The notes: generated from the sequence alone by a model not told the origin. A stretch of 64,000 bases of DNA from a virus (IMGVR_UViG_2740891848_000001:1-64000), one strand, 5' to 3'. Shown: positions 44,957-55,270, counted from the stretch's first letter. Numbers and translations: made by a program.

Positions 44957-46732
44957 GTGAATAACCAGTACCTCCAAACCCTCCTCGATCGCGCGGCGAA
45001 TCGCTGGTCAACCGACCGGGCGACGATGACCTATGGGGATTGGATGTGTGAGAACACGCATCTTCGCGACCAGAAATTCAGCTTCAAGCGTTACCCGTTT
45101 CAGAAGCAGATCGCCGACGATATGAGTCAGTCGCTGGACTGCATCAAGCCCTCGCAGGTTGGCCTGACGGAGCTTCAGATCCGCAAGGTGCTGGCCTTCA
45201 TCGCGCGCACGCGGGGCGTGAAGGTCATCTACACGCTGCCCGACGAGAAGATGATGGAGCGGATCGCCACGGGCCGGATTCGCCCGATCGTGGACGAAGA
45301 GAAGGTGTTCAACCTGGAGTCGATCGGGGGTGGCAAGCCGACGCGCACGAAGGAAATCATCCAGGTCGGCAAGAGCTTCATGTACGTCGCCGCAGCCGGC
45401 GAAGGCGCGGCGACCTCGATCGACGCGGACATGGTCGTCAACGACGAAGTGGACTTGACCGACCAGGCGATCCTGGCCCTGTTCTCGTCGCGTCTGCAAG
45501 GCTCGGACTATCGCATCGCGCACCGCTTCTCGACGCCCACGCACACCGACTTCGGTATCGACCAGACGTTCAAGATCACCGACCAGCATGAGTACATGCT
45601 GAAGTGCTCGCACTGCAACCATTGGCAGGTTCCGGACTTCGACAAGAAGTTCGTGCATCTCCCCGGCCTGGGAGACAAGGAGTTCGAGGAGATCGACCAG
45701 TCGATGCTCGACGCCGGCACGATCGACCTCAGCCTCGCGTCAATCCGATGCGAGCACTGCGGCGGGTTGCTCAATCTCGGCGACCACGCGCGGCGCGAGT
45801 GGGTCGCCAAGTATCCGAACCGCAAAGACCGGCGCGGCTACCGCGTCCGTCCGTTCTCAACCGAGCGGCTGGATGTCCGATACATCATCAACCAGCTCTT
45901 CGATTACAAGCGGCTGAACTTTATCCGCGGCTGGTACAACACCGTGCTCGGCCGCTCGCACACGGGTGGCGACCAGCGCCTGTCCGAAGCCGACATCCAG
46001 AAGGCCTTCACGGGCGACGCGCTCAAACGCCCTCCCCTTGTCGGCCTGCCGGCCTGGATCGGTATCGACGTGGGTCAGACCTGTCACATCGTGGTCGGCC
46101 AAGGCTATGACGTGAACTCGATCCACGTCCGCGAGTTCCTGACCGTGCCGGTCGGGCGCCTGATCGAAGAGTTGCAGCGCATCTGCGCGGAATACCGCGT
46201 CATCGCGGGATCCTGCGACCGCCACCCGTACACGCCGACTGCCGAGGCCGCACGTGACGTGACCTACGGCCGGGTGCTCCCGAACGAATACCGTGGCCAG
46301 AAGGAAGTGAACCTGATCAAAGACGCGGCTGGCGAAGTCCTCTACATGCAGTCCAACCGGACGATGTTGCTGGACGAAGTCGCGCGCGTCGTGCGCCTGG
46401 GCCGCATCAAGTTCTCTGGATACGGCACCCAGCAGGCCGTGATCGCCGAGCACCTGAAAGACATGGTTCGCAACGAGGAACCAGAGAAAGAAGCCGAGTG
46501 GCAGAAGTTGAACGGCAACGACCACTACTTCCACGCGCTCGGCTTCCTGTTGAGTGCAGTGAAACTGCACACGACCAACGCTTCGTCGCTGTTCAACACC
46601 GAATCTCGAAGCGTCATCGCCATCGCGGGCGCGGACATCGGCTTTAATCAGTCGGTCGGCCTAGCCCAGTCCAAACACACTACGAAGACCCACCTCTATG
46701 GCCAAGGCTCCGGCAACATCATCCACTTCTAA
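44957..46732 (+). CDS. terL: terminase large subunit (lambda gpA-like)
   Basis: KPSQVGLTE Walker A, NDEVD Walker B, FSTP, CxxC zinc ribbon, GIDVG and NDHYFH nuclease motifs; likely GTG start at 44957. Confidence 0.9.
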   Translation: MNNQYLQTLLDRAANRWSTDRATMTYGDWMCENTHLRDQKFSFKRYPFQKQIADDMSQSLDCIKPSQVGLTELQIRKVLAFIARTRGVKVIYTLPDEKMMERIATGRIRPIVDEEKVFNLESIGGGKPTRTKEIIQVGKSFMYVAAAGEGAATSIDADMVVNDEVDLTDQAILALFSSRLQGSDYRIAHRFSTPTHTDFGIDQTFKITDQHEYMLKCSHCNHWQVPDFDKKFVHLPGLGDKEFEEIDQSMLDAGTIDLSLASIRCEHCGGLLNLGDHARREWVAKYPNRKDRRGYRVRPFSTERLDVRYIINQLFDYKRLNFIRGWYNTVLGRSHTGGDQRLSEADIQKAFTGDALKRPPLVGLPAWIGIDVGQTCHIVVGQGYDVNSIHVREFLTVPVGRLIEELQRICAEYRVIAGSCDRHPYTPTAEAARDVTYGRVLPNEYRGQKEVNLIKDAAGEVLYMQSNRTMLLDEVARVVRLGRIKFSGYGTQQAVIAEHLKDMVRNEEPEKEAEWQKLNGNDHYFHALGFLLSAVKLHTTNASSLFNTESRSVIAIAGADIGFNQSVGLAQSKHTTKTHLYGQGSGNIIHF

Positions 46733-48296
46733 GGGCGTCGGTGGAGCTATCGGCTCCGCTCTTGCGGTCCTCCTGCCTCGAAGCAAGGCGGGCGGCAAGG
46801 GCACGTCGATGCCGGGGACGTTCAACCCGGCCTCGCCACAGCAGATCCTGACGCTGCCCACTTATCGCGAGCACCTGACTGACATCTTCACGTCGCGAAC
46901 TGCGAACGACTCGCGCGCGCTAATCAAGACCCTATTCGTGCAGGATCCGGACGTGTCGGCCGCAGTTAACGCGTACCTGACCGTGGCCAACACGGAGATG
47001 GTGGCGGTCGTCAAGGACGTGAATAAGCAGATCGACCGCGACGGCCAGAAGATCCTGAACGCGGTCATGGAAGCCTACGACACGCGCTTCGACTATACGA
47101 AGGGTTTCGACTTCCGCCCCTCGTGGAAGGAGTTGGCCGAGAATTTCCGATACATGCTTCTCGCCACTGGCTCCCTGCCGATCGAACTGGTGCTGTCGAA
47201 GACCTTCGCGCCGCAGGAGTTCCGGATGATCGACCCGCAGACGCTGAACTGGAAGGAAACCCAGCCTGGCGTCAAGCAACCGATCCAGAAGACCAGCGAT
47301 GGCAAGCAAATCCAGCTCGACATCCCAACCTTCTTCGTCAAGTTCTTCAGACGTGACCCGACGAGCCTCTACACGTACTCGCCGTTCGTCTCGACCATCA
47401 ACACCGTCGCCGCGCGCCAACAGGTCATCAACGACCTGTATCGCATCATGCAGCTGACCGGCTACCCGCGCATGGAAGTGAAGGTGGTCGAAGAAGTCGT
47501 CACGAAGAACGCGCCGCTCGATGTCAAGGCTGATCCGGTTAAGCTGAAGACCTACGTCCAGCAGGTGCTCGGCGGTATCAGCCAGAGCATTGCCAACATC
47601 CGCCCCGACCAGGCGTTCGTCCACACCGACGCGTCCGAGATCAAGATGATCAACGACAAGAACCCCGGTATGGCGCTCGACATCTCGAAGATCATCGACA
47701 CGCTCAACTCGCAGAACCAGGCGGGGCTGCGGATCATGGGCACGATCATCGGTCGAGGCAATGCCGGCGTGAACACGGCGTCGGTGGAAGCGCGCATTTT
47801 CAGCATGATCGCTGAAGAGCTGAACCAGCCGATCGCCGACATCTTCTCCGACATGCTCACACTGGCCATTCGCCTGCAAGGCTCGATGTCGAGCGTTGAA
47901 GTGAAGTTCCGCCCGGTAGAGCTTCGTCCGCTCACCGAACTCGAACCACAGTTGACAATGCGCGCCGCTCGACTGAAGGCCGACCTGTCGCTCGGGATCA
48001 TCGACGACGACGAGTACCACCTTGAGATGTACGGTCGCATCCGTCCGGACTCCGCACCTATCCTCACCGGCACCAACTTCATGCCTGGCACGAACGTCCA
48101 GGTGTTGACCGCACAGGACACGCTTGATCAGCCGAACACCACCGGCAACACCGACCAGACGAACTCGAACAGCAAGACGAACAAGAGCGATCCGAACAGC
48201 AGCGCGAAGAAGGTTTCGCCGAACTCTGACCCACTCGGAAAGAGTCTCGCGCCGAAGGGCGGCAGCGCAGCAGTCGGCAATAACGTAAGACCTTGA
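46698..48296 (+). CDS. portal protein
   Basis: 532 aa directly after terL; DPDVSAAVNAY N-terminal pattern. Confidence 0.75.
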   Translation: MAKAPATSSTSKGVGGAIGSALAVLLPRSKAGGKGTSMPGTFNPASPQQILTLPTYREHLTDIFTSRTANDSRALIKTLFVQDPDVSAAVNAYLTVANTEMVAVVKDVNKQIDRDGQKILNAVMEAYDTRFDYTKGFDFRPSWKELAENFRYMLLATGSLPIELVLSKTFAPQEFRMIDPQTLNWKETQPGVKQPIQKTSDGKQIQLDIPTFFVKFFRRDPTSLYTYSPFVSTINTVAARQQVINDLYRIMQLTGYPRMEVKVVEEVVTKNAPLDVKADPVKLKTYVQQVLGGISQSIANIRPDQAFVHTDASEIKMINDKNPGMALDISKIIDTLNSQNQAGLRIMGTIIGRGNAGVNTASVEARIFSMIAEELNQPIADIFSDMLTLAIRLQGSMSSVEVKFRPVELRPLTELEPQLTMRAARLKADLSLGIIDDDEYHLEMYGRIRPDSAPILTGTNFMPGTNVQVLTAQDTLDQPNTTGNTDQTNSNSKTNKSDPNSSAKKVSPNSDPLGKSLAPKGGSAAVGNNVRP

Positions 48297-48378
48297 AGAA
48301 AATCTTTGACTCCTAAATAGCCCGTCGAAATAATACGGGCTACTTTCACCGGGCAGTCATTTACGCACCACACTGGTT

Positions 48379-49509
48379 ATGCCGAAGAGCGTTCCAATCA
48401 CACCGCGGATTCAAAACCTGATCACCCAGAACAACGGTGGTGAGGCAGTCGACTACGGCAACATCGTGGTCTTCGAAGCGTCGGTGCTGAACACTCGCCC
48501 GCTGACGAAACCCGGCTCGATCTTCGATCAAGGCCGAGTCTCGGATGACACGCTCAAGCAGATGGCGACGTACCTGAACAGCGGGGGTTTCGTGCCGCTC
48601 CAGACGTTGCATCCCAATGGCGACGAGCTGCCGCTCGGCCGCTTCTTCTACGGTGAAGTCCTGCCGTCTACGCTCGGCGATGGGTCGAGCGAGCTGGTCT
48701 GCCTCTTCTACCTGCCGCGCACCGACGAGAACGTTCCGAAGCTGGACAACGGGATCATCGACGAGGTCAGCGTCGGCTTCGTCGGCCAACAGCTGCTCTG
48801 CTCGCAGTGCGGCTGGGACTATCGCAGTCCGGACGCGTCGCTGCTCAACTTCTTCGACCGCGTCTGCGCAAACGAGCACACGCTCGGCGACGATGGCACG
48901 TATCTCAAGATCAACGGTCTCGACCGCTGGACGGAAACGTCGCTCGTGTCGAAGGGCGCCGCACACAACGCAAAGATCATGGGCCGCACTAAACAGCGGC
49001 TCGGCCAGGAGCAGTACGAACGCCTGGCAGCTTCGGGTATCGCCCCCGAGCAAATTTTGTTGACCGCCACCACAACCGATACCCGGAGTAAGAAAACGAT
49101 GGACAAGGAAATGATCGAGATGGTCAATCAGCTCGCTGAGCTGAAGGCTGATGCCAAGCATCACACCATCGCACTGACGGCCAAGGACGGCGAGATCGCC
49201 ACCCTCAAGGCTTCGGTCGAAGCAAAGGGCGCTGAAATCGCGAAGCTGAAGGAAGGCACGGAGCTGAAGGAAGCGACGACCAAGCTGACGGCAGCTGAAG
49301 CGCAAGTCACGGAGCTGACGGCTTCGAAAACGACTGTCGAAACCGAGCTGGCTGAAGTCAAGGCAAAGCTCGCAACGGCGGAAACGCAGATCGCTACCCT
49401 GCAAGCGGGCGCCGGTAACGGCGGTCGTTCGCAAGGCGCTGGCGCAGGCAACTCGGCCGGCAATGCTTCGACCGCCGCTTCGGCGTTCAAAGCAGCACCG
49501 CGTCGCTAA
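48379..49509 (+). CDS. prohead protease / scaffold
   Basis: LQTLH, EVSVG and ETSLVSKGA protease-like motifs; C-terminal Ala/Glu/Lys coiled coil. Confidence 0.75.
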   Translation: MPKSVPITPRIQNLITQNNGGEAVDYGNIVVFEASVLNTRPLTKPGSIFDQGRVSDDTLKQMATYLNSGGFVPLQTLHPNGDELPLGRFFYGEVLPSTLGDGSSELVCLFYLPRTDENVPKLDNGIIDEVSVGFVGQQLLCSQCGWDYRSPDASLLNFFDRVCANEHTLGDDGTYLKINGLDRWTETSLVSKGAAHNAKIMGRTKQRLGQEQYERLAASGIAPEQILLTATTTDTRSKKTMDKEMIEMVNQLAELKADAKHHTIALTAKDGEIATLKASVEAKGAEIAKLKEGTELKEATTKLTAAEAQVTELTASKTTVETELAEVKAKLATAETQIATLQAGAGNGGRSQGAGAGNSAGNASTAASAFKAAPRR

Positions 49510-49533
49510 ACACTCGTAACCCGAGAGGAAAAA

Positions 49534-49941
49534 ATGAGCAACGTAATCGGTAATGGCGTATCGCTTCGTGGGATGTACCACGACGACTTCCAATACCCGT
49601 TCCTGCTCGCCGCTGGCATCACCAAGGCCGATGAAGGTAAGGCTGTCACTGTCGATACGAGTGCAGTGAACACGGTGAAGTTGGCAGGCGACGGCGATCG
49701 GATCATTGGGCGTCTGGAAGTGGTTGAAGTCCGCGTCCAGGAGGGCATCAACATCGGCACCGTGTCGATCATGGGCGGTCTGGACTTCCCGGCGAAAGCG
49801 GGCTATGTCCCGGCAGCTGGCGACAACCTGGTTGGCGCAGCAGGCGGATTGGTCAATAAGGCAGGCGCGGGCGTGAGCACCGGCTGGATCTTCTTGGGCG
49901 AACTCAGCCCGACCGGCAACCCAGTCCTGGTCAAGCTGTAA
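49534..49941 (+). CDS. head decoration / cement protein
   Basis: 135-aa Gly/Val-rich protein between scaffold and capsid. Confidence 0.65.
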   Translation: MSNVIGNGVSLRGMYHDDFQYPFLLAAGITKADEGKAVTVDTSAVNTVKLAGDGDRIIGRLEVVEVRVQEGINIGTVSIMGGLDFPAKAGYVPAAGDNLVGAAGGLVNKAGAGVSTGWIFLGELSPTGNPVLVKL

Positions 49942-50059
49942 AGCTGCCGGCCCTGTCCACCACCAGGGCTGTCAGTGACCGAAACGTAAGAAGAAGCTGC
50001 TGGACCCGTCCACCACCGGGGCCAGCAGTGGTTGAACCCAACACCACAATGGATCAAAC

Positions 50060-51247
50060 ATGGCCGATCTGATCGACATCGAACGCCGCTCCCCTGCGGA
50101 AGTATTGGCCGGACTCCGTCCGGACGAAGCCAGCGACCAAGGTCGCTCCATCAACGCTGGCCAGCAGCTCGTGCGCCGCGCCGCAGATGCAGGCTTGAAC
50201 CTGCGTGACTACCTCACGCTGGCGATCGACCCGCGCCGCGCCGACGACGCAGCTCGCTACGAAGGCCTGAATGGCTACGAAGCCGCCCTGTCGTTCCTGA
50301 ACCTGCCGGTTCGCCAAGACCTCGAAAACGGCGTGCTCCTGCAAGCCGCGAGCGAGACGTTCCAGACGTACCCCGGCACTCGCGCGATGTTCCCGGAAGT
50401 CATGGACGATGTGCTGCGCTGGCGCAACCGTCAAGACCAACTGGAATCGGTCGCTCCGATCCTCGCGCAATCGCGCACGATCAGCGGCACCGAGCTGATC
50501 TCGACGTTCGTCGACGACGACAGCGCCGAGCGCGGTACGTACTCGGTCGGTGAATTCGGCCGCGTGCCGGTTCGCACGATCCGAACGTCGCAAAGCACGG
50601 TAGGCATGTTCAAGCACGGCTCCGGTTACCGTACCTCGTACGAGTTCAACCGTCGCGCGTCGCTCGACATCATGACCCCGTTCGCATCGCGCGTCGGTCG
50701 CGAACTGGAAATCTCGAAGGTGCGTGCAGCGACGAGCATCCTGATCAACGGCGACGGCGTGAATGGCGCAGCCCCAGTGGTCAAGGTCAGCGACTTCGGC
50801 GGCGACAAGGCGAAGGAGTTCTCGACCAACTACAAGGCGCTCGCCAAGTGGTTGATGGCTCGCGCCAAGGCTGGTTACCCTATCGACACGATCCTGGGCA
50901 ACTACGACATGTTCGTGGAGCTGCTGTTCATGTTCCAGCCGGTGCTGAACCTCGGCAACGCGACGGACATCGCCGAGCTGGTCAAGGTCGGCACGCCGAA
51001 GATCAACACCAGCCTGCCGATCCTGAACCAATCGGTGAACTTCGCGCTGTCCTCGACGGTTCCGGAAGGCCAACTGATCGGCTTCACGAAGGGCGAAACG
51101 CTGGAAGAGCTGGTCGAAGCAGGTTCGACGATTTCGGAAAACGAGCGCTCGATCATCAACCAGTCGATCACGTACGTCCGTACCGAAAACACCGGCTACA
51201 AGCTGGCGTTCGGCGACACGCGCCAAGTGCTCGACACCGCTAACTAA
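50060..51247 (+). CDS. major capsid protein
   Basis: 395 aa, strong codon bias, position, followed by a strong terminator. Confidence 0.85.
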   Translation: MADLIDIERRSPAEVLAGLRPDEASDQGRSINAGQQLVRRAADAGLNLRDYLTLAIDPRRADDAARYEGLNGYEAALSFLNLPVRQDLENGVLLQAASETFQTYPGTRAMFPEVMDDVLRWRNRQDQLESVAPILAQSRTISGTELISTFVDDDSAERGTYSVGEFGRVPVRTIRTSQSTVGMFKHGSGYRTSYEFNRRASLDIMTPFASRVGRELEISKVRAATSILINGDGVNGAAPVVKVSDFGGDKAKEFSTNYKALAKWLMARAKAGYPIDTILGNYDMFVELLFMFQPVLNLGNATDIAELVKVGTPKINTSLPILNQSVNFALSSTVPEGQLIGFTKGETLEELVEAGSTISENERSIINQSITYVRTENTGYKLAFGDTRQVLDTAN

Positions 51248-51265
51248 AGCGGCTCGGGTTGAAGG

Positions 51266-51297
51266 AAAAGGCCCGCCCTCACGGGCGGGCCTTTTTT
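51266..51297 (+). terminator. intrinsic terminator after capsid gene
   Basis: AAAAGGCCCGCCC-TCAC-GGGCGGGCCTTTTTT. Confidence 0.9.
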
Positions 51298-51320
51298 CAT
51301 TGAACTGACCACCACACATC

Positions 51321-51653
51321 ATGCAAAAAATCATCGCCCACACCACCGGCAAGTTTCAGCTGATCGACCAGCTGAGCGGCGACCTGATCTCCGCGCACCG
51401 CCCCTCCGTGATCTCGAAGACCCCCTTCGTGACTGCACGACTTGGTCTCGACCAAGTCGTGATCGTCGCGGAAGTAAAGCCCGAGGCGACGGATGAAGAG
51501 TTCGCCAAGCACTGGAAGGAGGCCAACGGCGACATGGATCTCGCGGTCGAATCGTTCCTGTCGAAGTTCGGCCTCGACGCAGACGGCGAGCCGGAAACCC
51601 CGCGTACGACCGCGCGCGGCGGCAGGAAGCAAACCTCCGCTGCCACCGAATAA
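51321..51653 (+). CDS. virion morphogenesis hypothetical protein
   Basis: 110 aa after capsid; preceded by ACCACCACA. Confidence 0.65.
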   Translation: MQKIIAHTTGKFQLIDQLSGDLISAHRPSVISKTPFVTARLGLDQVVIVAEVKPEATDEEFAKHWKEANGDMDLAVESFLSKFGLDADGEPETPRTTARGGRKQTSAATE

Positions 51654-51662
51654 GGACGCGCG

Positions 51663-52388
51663 ATGCTGAAATGGTTCCAGGCTGGTGAAGACCTCACCTT
51701 TGACATCGAGCTAATCGTCGGCGGCGTCCCCGCGCAGGCCGACGCCGGCACGACCACGGTCACCGTACGCGACCAGAGCGGGCAAGTTCTCGCCGGCCTG
51801 GACCATAAGCCGATCACCGTGCCGGGGACGACTGCGTCGATCCCCGTGCCGGCCGGCGCCAACCAGATTGCGGCGGGCAGCGATACCGAGACCCGGTACG
51901 TGACCCTGTCGTACATCTCAGGCGGTCAGAGCCGCCAGCAGACCACCGCCTATGGTCTGCACCCTTTCCTCCCCATCGAAGCCTCTGAGGACGCTGTGCG
52001 CAGCCTGCTCGGGGTCGCTTCGGACGAGCTGCCTGACGACGACATCGAGCTGGTCCCCGCTTACTACGACCTGGTAACCGACAACGGTGACGCGTTCAAG
52101 AACGCGTTCACCACCGGCAACCGGCAACGACAGCAGGCGAACCGGGCAGTCGCGCTGCGGGCGGCGCTCGACGCCCTGCCTTCGTTGCAGCTGCGCGTCT
52201 TTCAGGCGCGCACGAGCGAGAACAACTCTTTCGGTCGCTTCCAGACGGTTGACTTCCAGCAGCTACGGGCTGACCTCACGGACCAGCTCGCCGCGGCTTT
52301 GAAAAATTCCGTCCCCGCGACGACTGCGGCTTCAACGCCGACGCTGTTCGTGGTGTCCACGCCAACTGACCCTGTGACGAACACATAA
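51663..52388 (+). CDS. putative head-tail adaptor
   Basis: 241 aa; position in the neck module. Confidence 0.55.
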   Translation: MLKWFQAGEDLTFDIELIVGGVPAQADAGTTTVTVRDQSGQVLAGLDHKPITVPGTTASIPVPAGANQIAAGSDTETRYVTLSYISGGQSRQQTTAYGLHPFLPIEASEDAVRSLLGVASDELPDDDIELVPAYYDLVTDNGDAFKNAFTTGNRQRQQANRAVALRAALDALPSLQLRVFQARTSENNSFGRFQTVDFQQLRADLTDQLAAALKNSVPATTAASTPTLFVVSTPTDPVTNT

Positions 52389-52903
52389 TGTCCACGCTCC
52401 CGTCCCTCACGCGTGTCCTCGTCAACCTGACGCGCGGCAACTCCAAGATCTGGGGCGTAGTGAACCTGCCGAAAGGCAGCGCTACCGGCGCCCTCGACTT
52501 CAGCCCCGTCGCGAAGATGCTGCTGACGCGGCGCGGTTCGGTCGCGCAGCCCGGCGACACGGTCCTCGACCTCGGCGAGCGGTACGTGCTCGGCTACTTC
52601 AGCTCCGGCGTGAACGATAGCCTCTTCCGAATGTTCCGCACGCCATTCACCGGAACCGTCACGCGCATGTTGACCGGAAAAGACCCCGTGACTCAGCTCG
52701 AACGCACCGGTCGGCCGACCTCGGTCGGGCTTTGCTCCTACGACATGCATACGAGCGGAGTCGCCGCCGACTTTGGTGACCACAAGCGGACCCGCTATCG
52801 TCTGATCACCGGCTTCGAGCTGGAGATCAACGACCTCATCGGTCAGCTGAAGGTGACCAACGTGCGTCGCGAGCAAGGAATCACCGTCGCTGAGGCCGAG
52901 TAA
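52388..52903 (+). CDS. putative head closure / neck protein
   Basis: 171 aa, TAATG coupling. Confidence 0.5.
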   Translation: MSTLPSLTRVLVNLTRGNSKIWGVVNLPKGSATGALDFSPVAKMLLTRRGSVAQPGDTVLDLGERYVLGYFSSGVNDSLFRMFRTPFTGTVTRMLTGKDPVTQLERTGRPTSVGLCSYDMHTSGVAADFGDHKRTRYRLITGFELEINDLIGQLKVTNVRREQGITVAEAE

Positions 52904-53754
52904 TGCCCGCGCTCGATAAAACTTGGTCCGAGCTGGAAGCCTACGTCGAGAAGGTTTTCTTCTCGCAACTCACTGAGAAGACCGCCGGTTACGCAGACGA
53001 CCTTGCGTTGCAGATCGAGAAAGACATCAACCGCGCGCTCAACACGTTCTTCAAAGACCTGGCCGGGATTATCCAGCCAGGTCTGACTGCGATTCCTGAC
53101 GAACTGTCGACCTATTCAAACATGTCGTGGCCCGAGCTGAGCGAGCGGTACTACTACTGGAAGAACCCCGCGAACAAGGGTCGACTGAACGAGAGTAGCG
53201 ACTTCTTCATGCTGAGTGAGTTGCCGCGCATCAAGCGCAACTCGACGAAGTCAAAGCAGCAATGGCGACAAAAGCGCGTGAGGACCGTAGCTGATCTGCG
53301 CGCGAATCCCAGCCTCAGAATGCGGCTCGCGAAGCTGGCCAACCCTAGCGCCTACTACGGCGCGGTGGTGGTGATGATTGAATCGCACACGAAAATCAAC
53401 CGAGGTGGTCGACGCCAATACAAGGCCGGCACGTTCAGACAAGGCATGAACGTGGGTGGGCAGACGATCAAGAGCGCGAGTGACTACGTGACGATCGCAG
53501 TCAACTGGCTCCCAGCGATCAGCGGACTCGACCCGGATCAGCGCGGTGTCACCGAAAACCCACAACCACGCAACGGCGCGCAGAGTCTCCAGCAGTTACC
53601 CGCTGACGTGAAAGCGAAGCTGTTGAACCACGAACACAACGCGCATGGGACGGCGTATCGTCCGCTGCTCGGCCCCTACATGCTCTGGTATCAGGACAAC
53701 GTGATCCGAAGGATCGTCAAGTCCGCGATAGCACCTTTTGGACCAACAATATGA
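52903..53754 (+). CDS. putative neck / tail completion protein
   Basis: 283 aa, coupled; C-terminal YRPLLGP resembles the HK97 gp10-like RP motif. Confidence 0.5.
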   Translation: MPALDKTWSELEAYVEKVFFSQLTEKTAGYADDLALQIEKDINRALNTFFKDLAGIIQPGLTAIPDELSTYSNMSWPELSERYYYWKNPANKGRLNESSDFFMLSELPRIKRNSTKSKQQWRQKRVRTVADLRANPSLRMRLAKLANPSAYYGAVVVMIESHTKINRGGRRQYKAGTFRQGMNVGGQTIKSASDYVTIAVNWLPAISGLDPDQRGVTENPQPRNGAQSLQQLPADVKAKLLNHEHNAHGTAYRPLLGPYMLWYQDNVIRRIVKSAIAPFGPTI

Positions 53755-54212
53755 TCACGAACAACGCCTATGGCGATCATCTCTCCAGCCTGCTGAAATT
53801 CTGTGGGGACTTTGCGAACGAGATCAACGTTCTGGACGACGACCCGTTTCAGGTCTGCTATTTCGACGCGTACGAGGACTATGAATCTCTACCGAAGGGC
53901 TCATTGATTGGCGTCGCAGGCTACACGATCGGAATCAATGAACATCTCGCACACGTCACCCTCATGATTGGCCTCGCAACCGAGAACGATGCGAATGAGT
54001 TCCGCCTGACTGATGCAATGGGGAAGTTGCTGACGCGCCTGCTTCCGACGAAGCGCATTGACGTGGTCGATTCGATAACGGGTGTGAAGCTGGGTCAGAT
54101 GACAATTGAAGACGGCATTCGAACGATGCCGTCGAGTGGGGCAATGGGACGATCCATGAAGTACATCGCTTTCACGGCGTCTTCCGATGTTACCGTTGAC
54201 CTGAGTTCGTAA
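53751..54212 (+). CDS. putative tail terminator protein
   Basis: 153 aa immediately before the tail tube gene. Confidence 0.5.
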   Translation: MITNNAYGDHLSSLLKFCGDFANEINVLDDDPFQVCYFDAYEDYESLPKGSLIGVAGYTIGINEHLAHVTLMIGLATENDANEFRLTDAMGKLLTRLLPTKRIDVVDSITGVKLGQMTIEDGIRTMPSSGAMGRSMKYIAFTASSDVTVDLSS

Positions 54213-54384
54213 TCGAGCGGATCAACTCCGCGTCTGCTTTAGTGCCCGCATCGAGTCCAGCTTCAATGAGTGTGATCAGCTCCGCGTTCTTGGTGCGACG
54301 ATTGATCTTCGCACGTGCCTTTACCTGTTCATGTATGTCCGGTGGCAATCGCAACGTCGATGGCACCATGTCTTGAACGTCCAT
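54190..54384 (-). CDS. Arc/Mnt-family ribbon-helix-helix regulator
   Basis: TLRLPPDIHEQVKARAKINRRTKNAELITLIE matches the Arc pattern LRLP......A..N.RS.N.E. Confidence 0.8.
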   Translation of the reverse strand: MDVQDMVPSTLRLPPDIHEQVKARAKINRRTKNAELITLIEAGLDAGTKADAELIRSITNSGQR

Positions 54385-54478
54385 TCTGGTTCTCCTTTAA
54401 ACCAATAAAAACCTTTGATTCGTGACGGTAGCACACGTAGCATCCGTGCTACCAGAATTTTCAACCGGAGAACTAACG

Positions 54479-55270
54479 ATGGCTGGTGAAGCAAAGTCTA
54501 ATAAGTTCATGCTTGGCGCGGCCACCGTGATGATCGGTCCGCAGAAAGAGCTGTTCAACCTGAACCCTGAAGAGCACTCGATCGGTCTCGTCAAGAACTT
54601 CTCGATCAGCGGCCAGCCGGCGTACACCGAGCTGACGCAGGGCGTAAAAAACTCCGTCGTGTACTCGGTGATGACCGGCAACCCAGTCACCGCGACGATG
54701 GAAGTCTACGAGCACACGTCGAAGAACCTGGCCTACGGCCTCGGTTTGGACGGGTCGACGATGGACCCGATCGCCACCAAGACGAGCACGAACGCTGACG
54801 TACCGGCAAACGTCGCGGGCACGAAGCTGATTCCGGTGGCCTCGATCACCGATCTCGCAGTGGGCGACTGGTTCCAGGCTGTGGTGCAGGGTTCGAGCGA
54901 CAAGCTGCTCGTCGCGCGGATCAAGGAACTCGATGCGCAGGGCAAGACGATCACGATCGCCGACGAACAGAGCTTCGATTACGCCCTCCCCAATGGCACG
55001 GTGGTGCAGAAGGTGAACGTGGTCGGTATCGGCTCGAAGTCGGATCAGCCGTTCCTGTCGGCGAAGATCGTCGGCAACCTCGCTGACGGCACGCCGGTCG
55101 CGCTGCTCATCCCGAAGATCCGTATCACGGGCGGCTTCACGCTGGCGTTCAAGACGGACTCGTTCGGCAACCTGCCGTATAAGTTCCAGCCGTACGACCT
55201 AGTTAACACCGACCCGTTCTACGACACGTTCCTGCCGTTCGGTCAGGCGATGCTGGCGGCTGCAAACTAA
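54479..55270 (+). CDS. major tail (tube) protein
   Basis: 263 aa, GGAG RBS, strong codon bias, followed by a terminator and chaperone genes. Confidence 0.75.
   Translation: MAGEAKSNKFMLGAATVMIGPQKELFNLNPEEHSIGLVKNFSISGQPAYTELTQGVKNSVVYSVMTGNPVTATMEVYEHTSKNLAYGLGLDGSTMDPIATKTSTNADVPANVAGTKLIPVASITDLAVGDWFQAVVQGSSDKLLVARIKELDAQGKTITIADEQSFDYALPNGTVVQKVNVVGIGSKSDQPFLSAKIVGNLADGTPVALLIPKIRITGGFTLAFKTDSFGNLPYKFQPYDLVNTDPFYDTFLPFGQAMLAAAN

Noticed and set aside
46554-46570. GTGCAG-N5-CTGCAC in terL
   Set aside because: Wrong spacer, inside coding sequence and far from the operator cluster
50054-51352. 432-aa minus-strand ORF
   Set aside because: Antisense shadow of the major capsid gene
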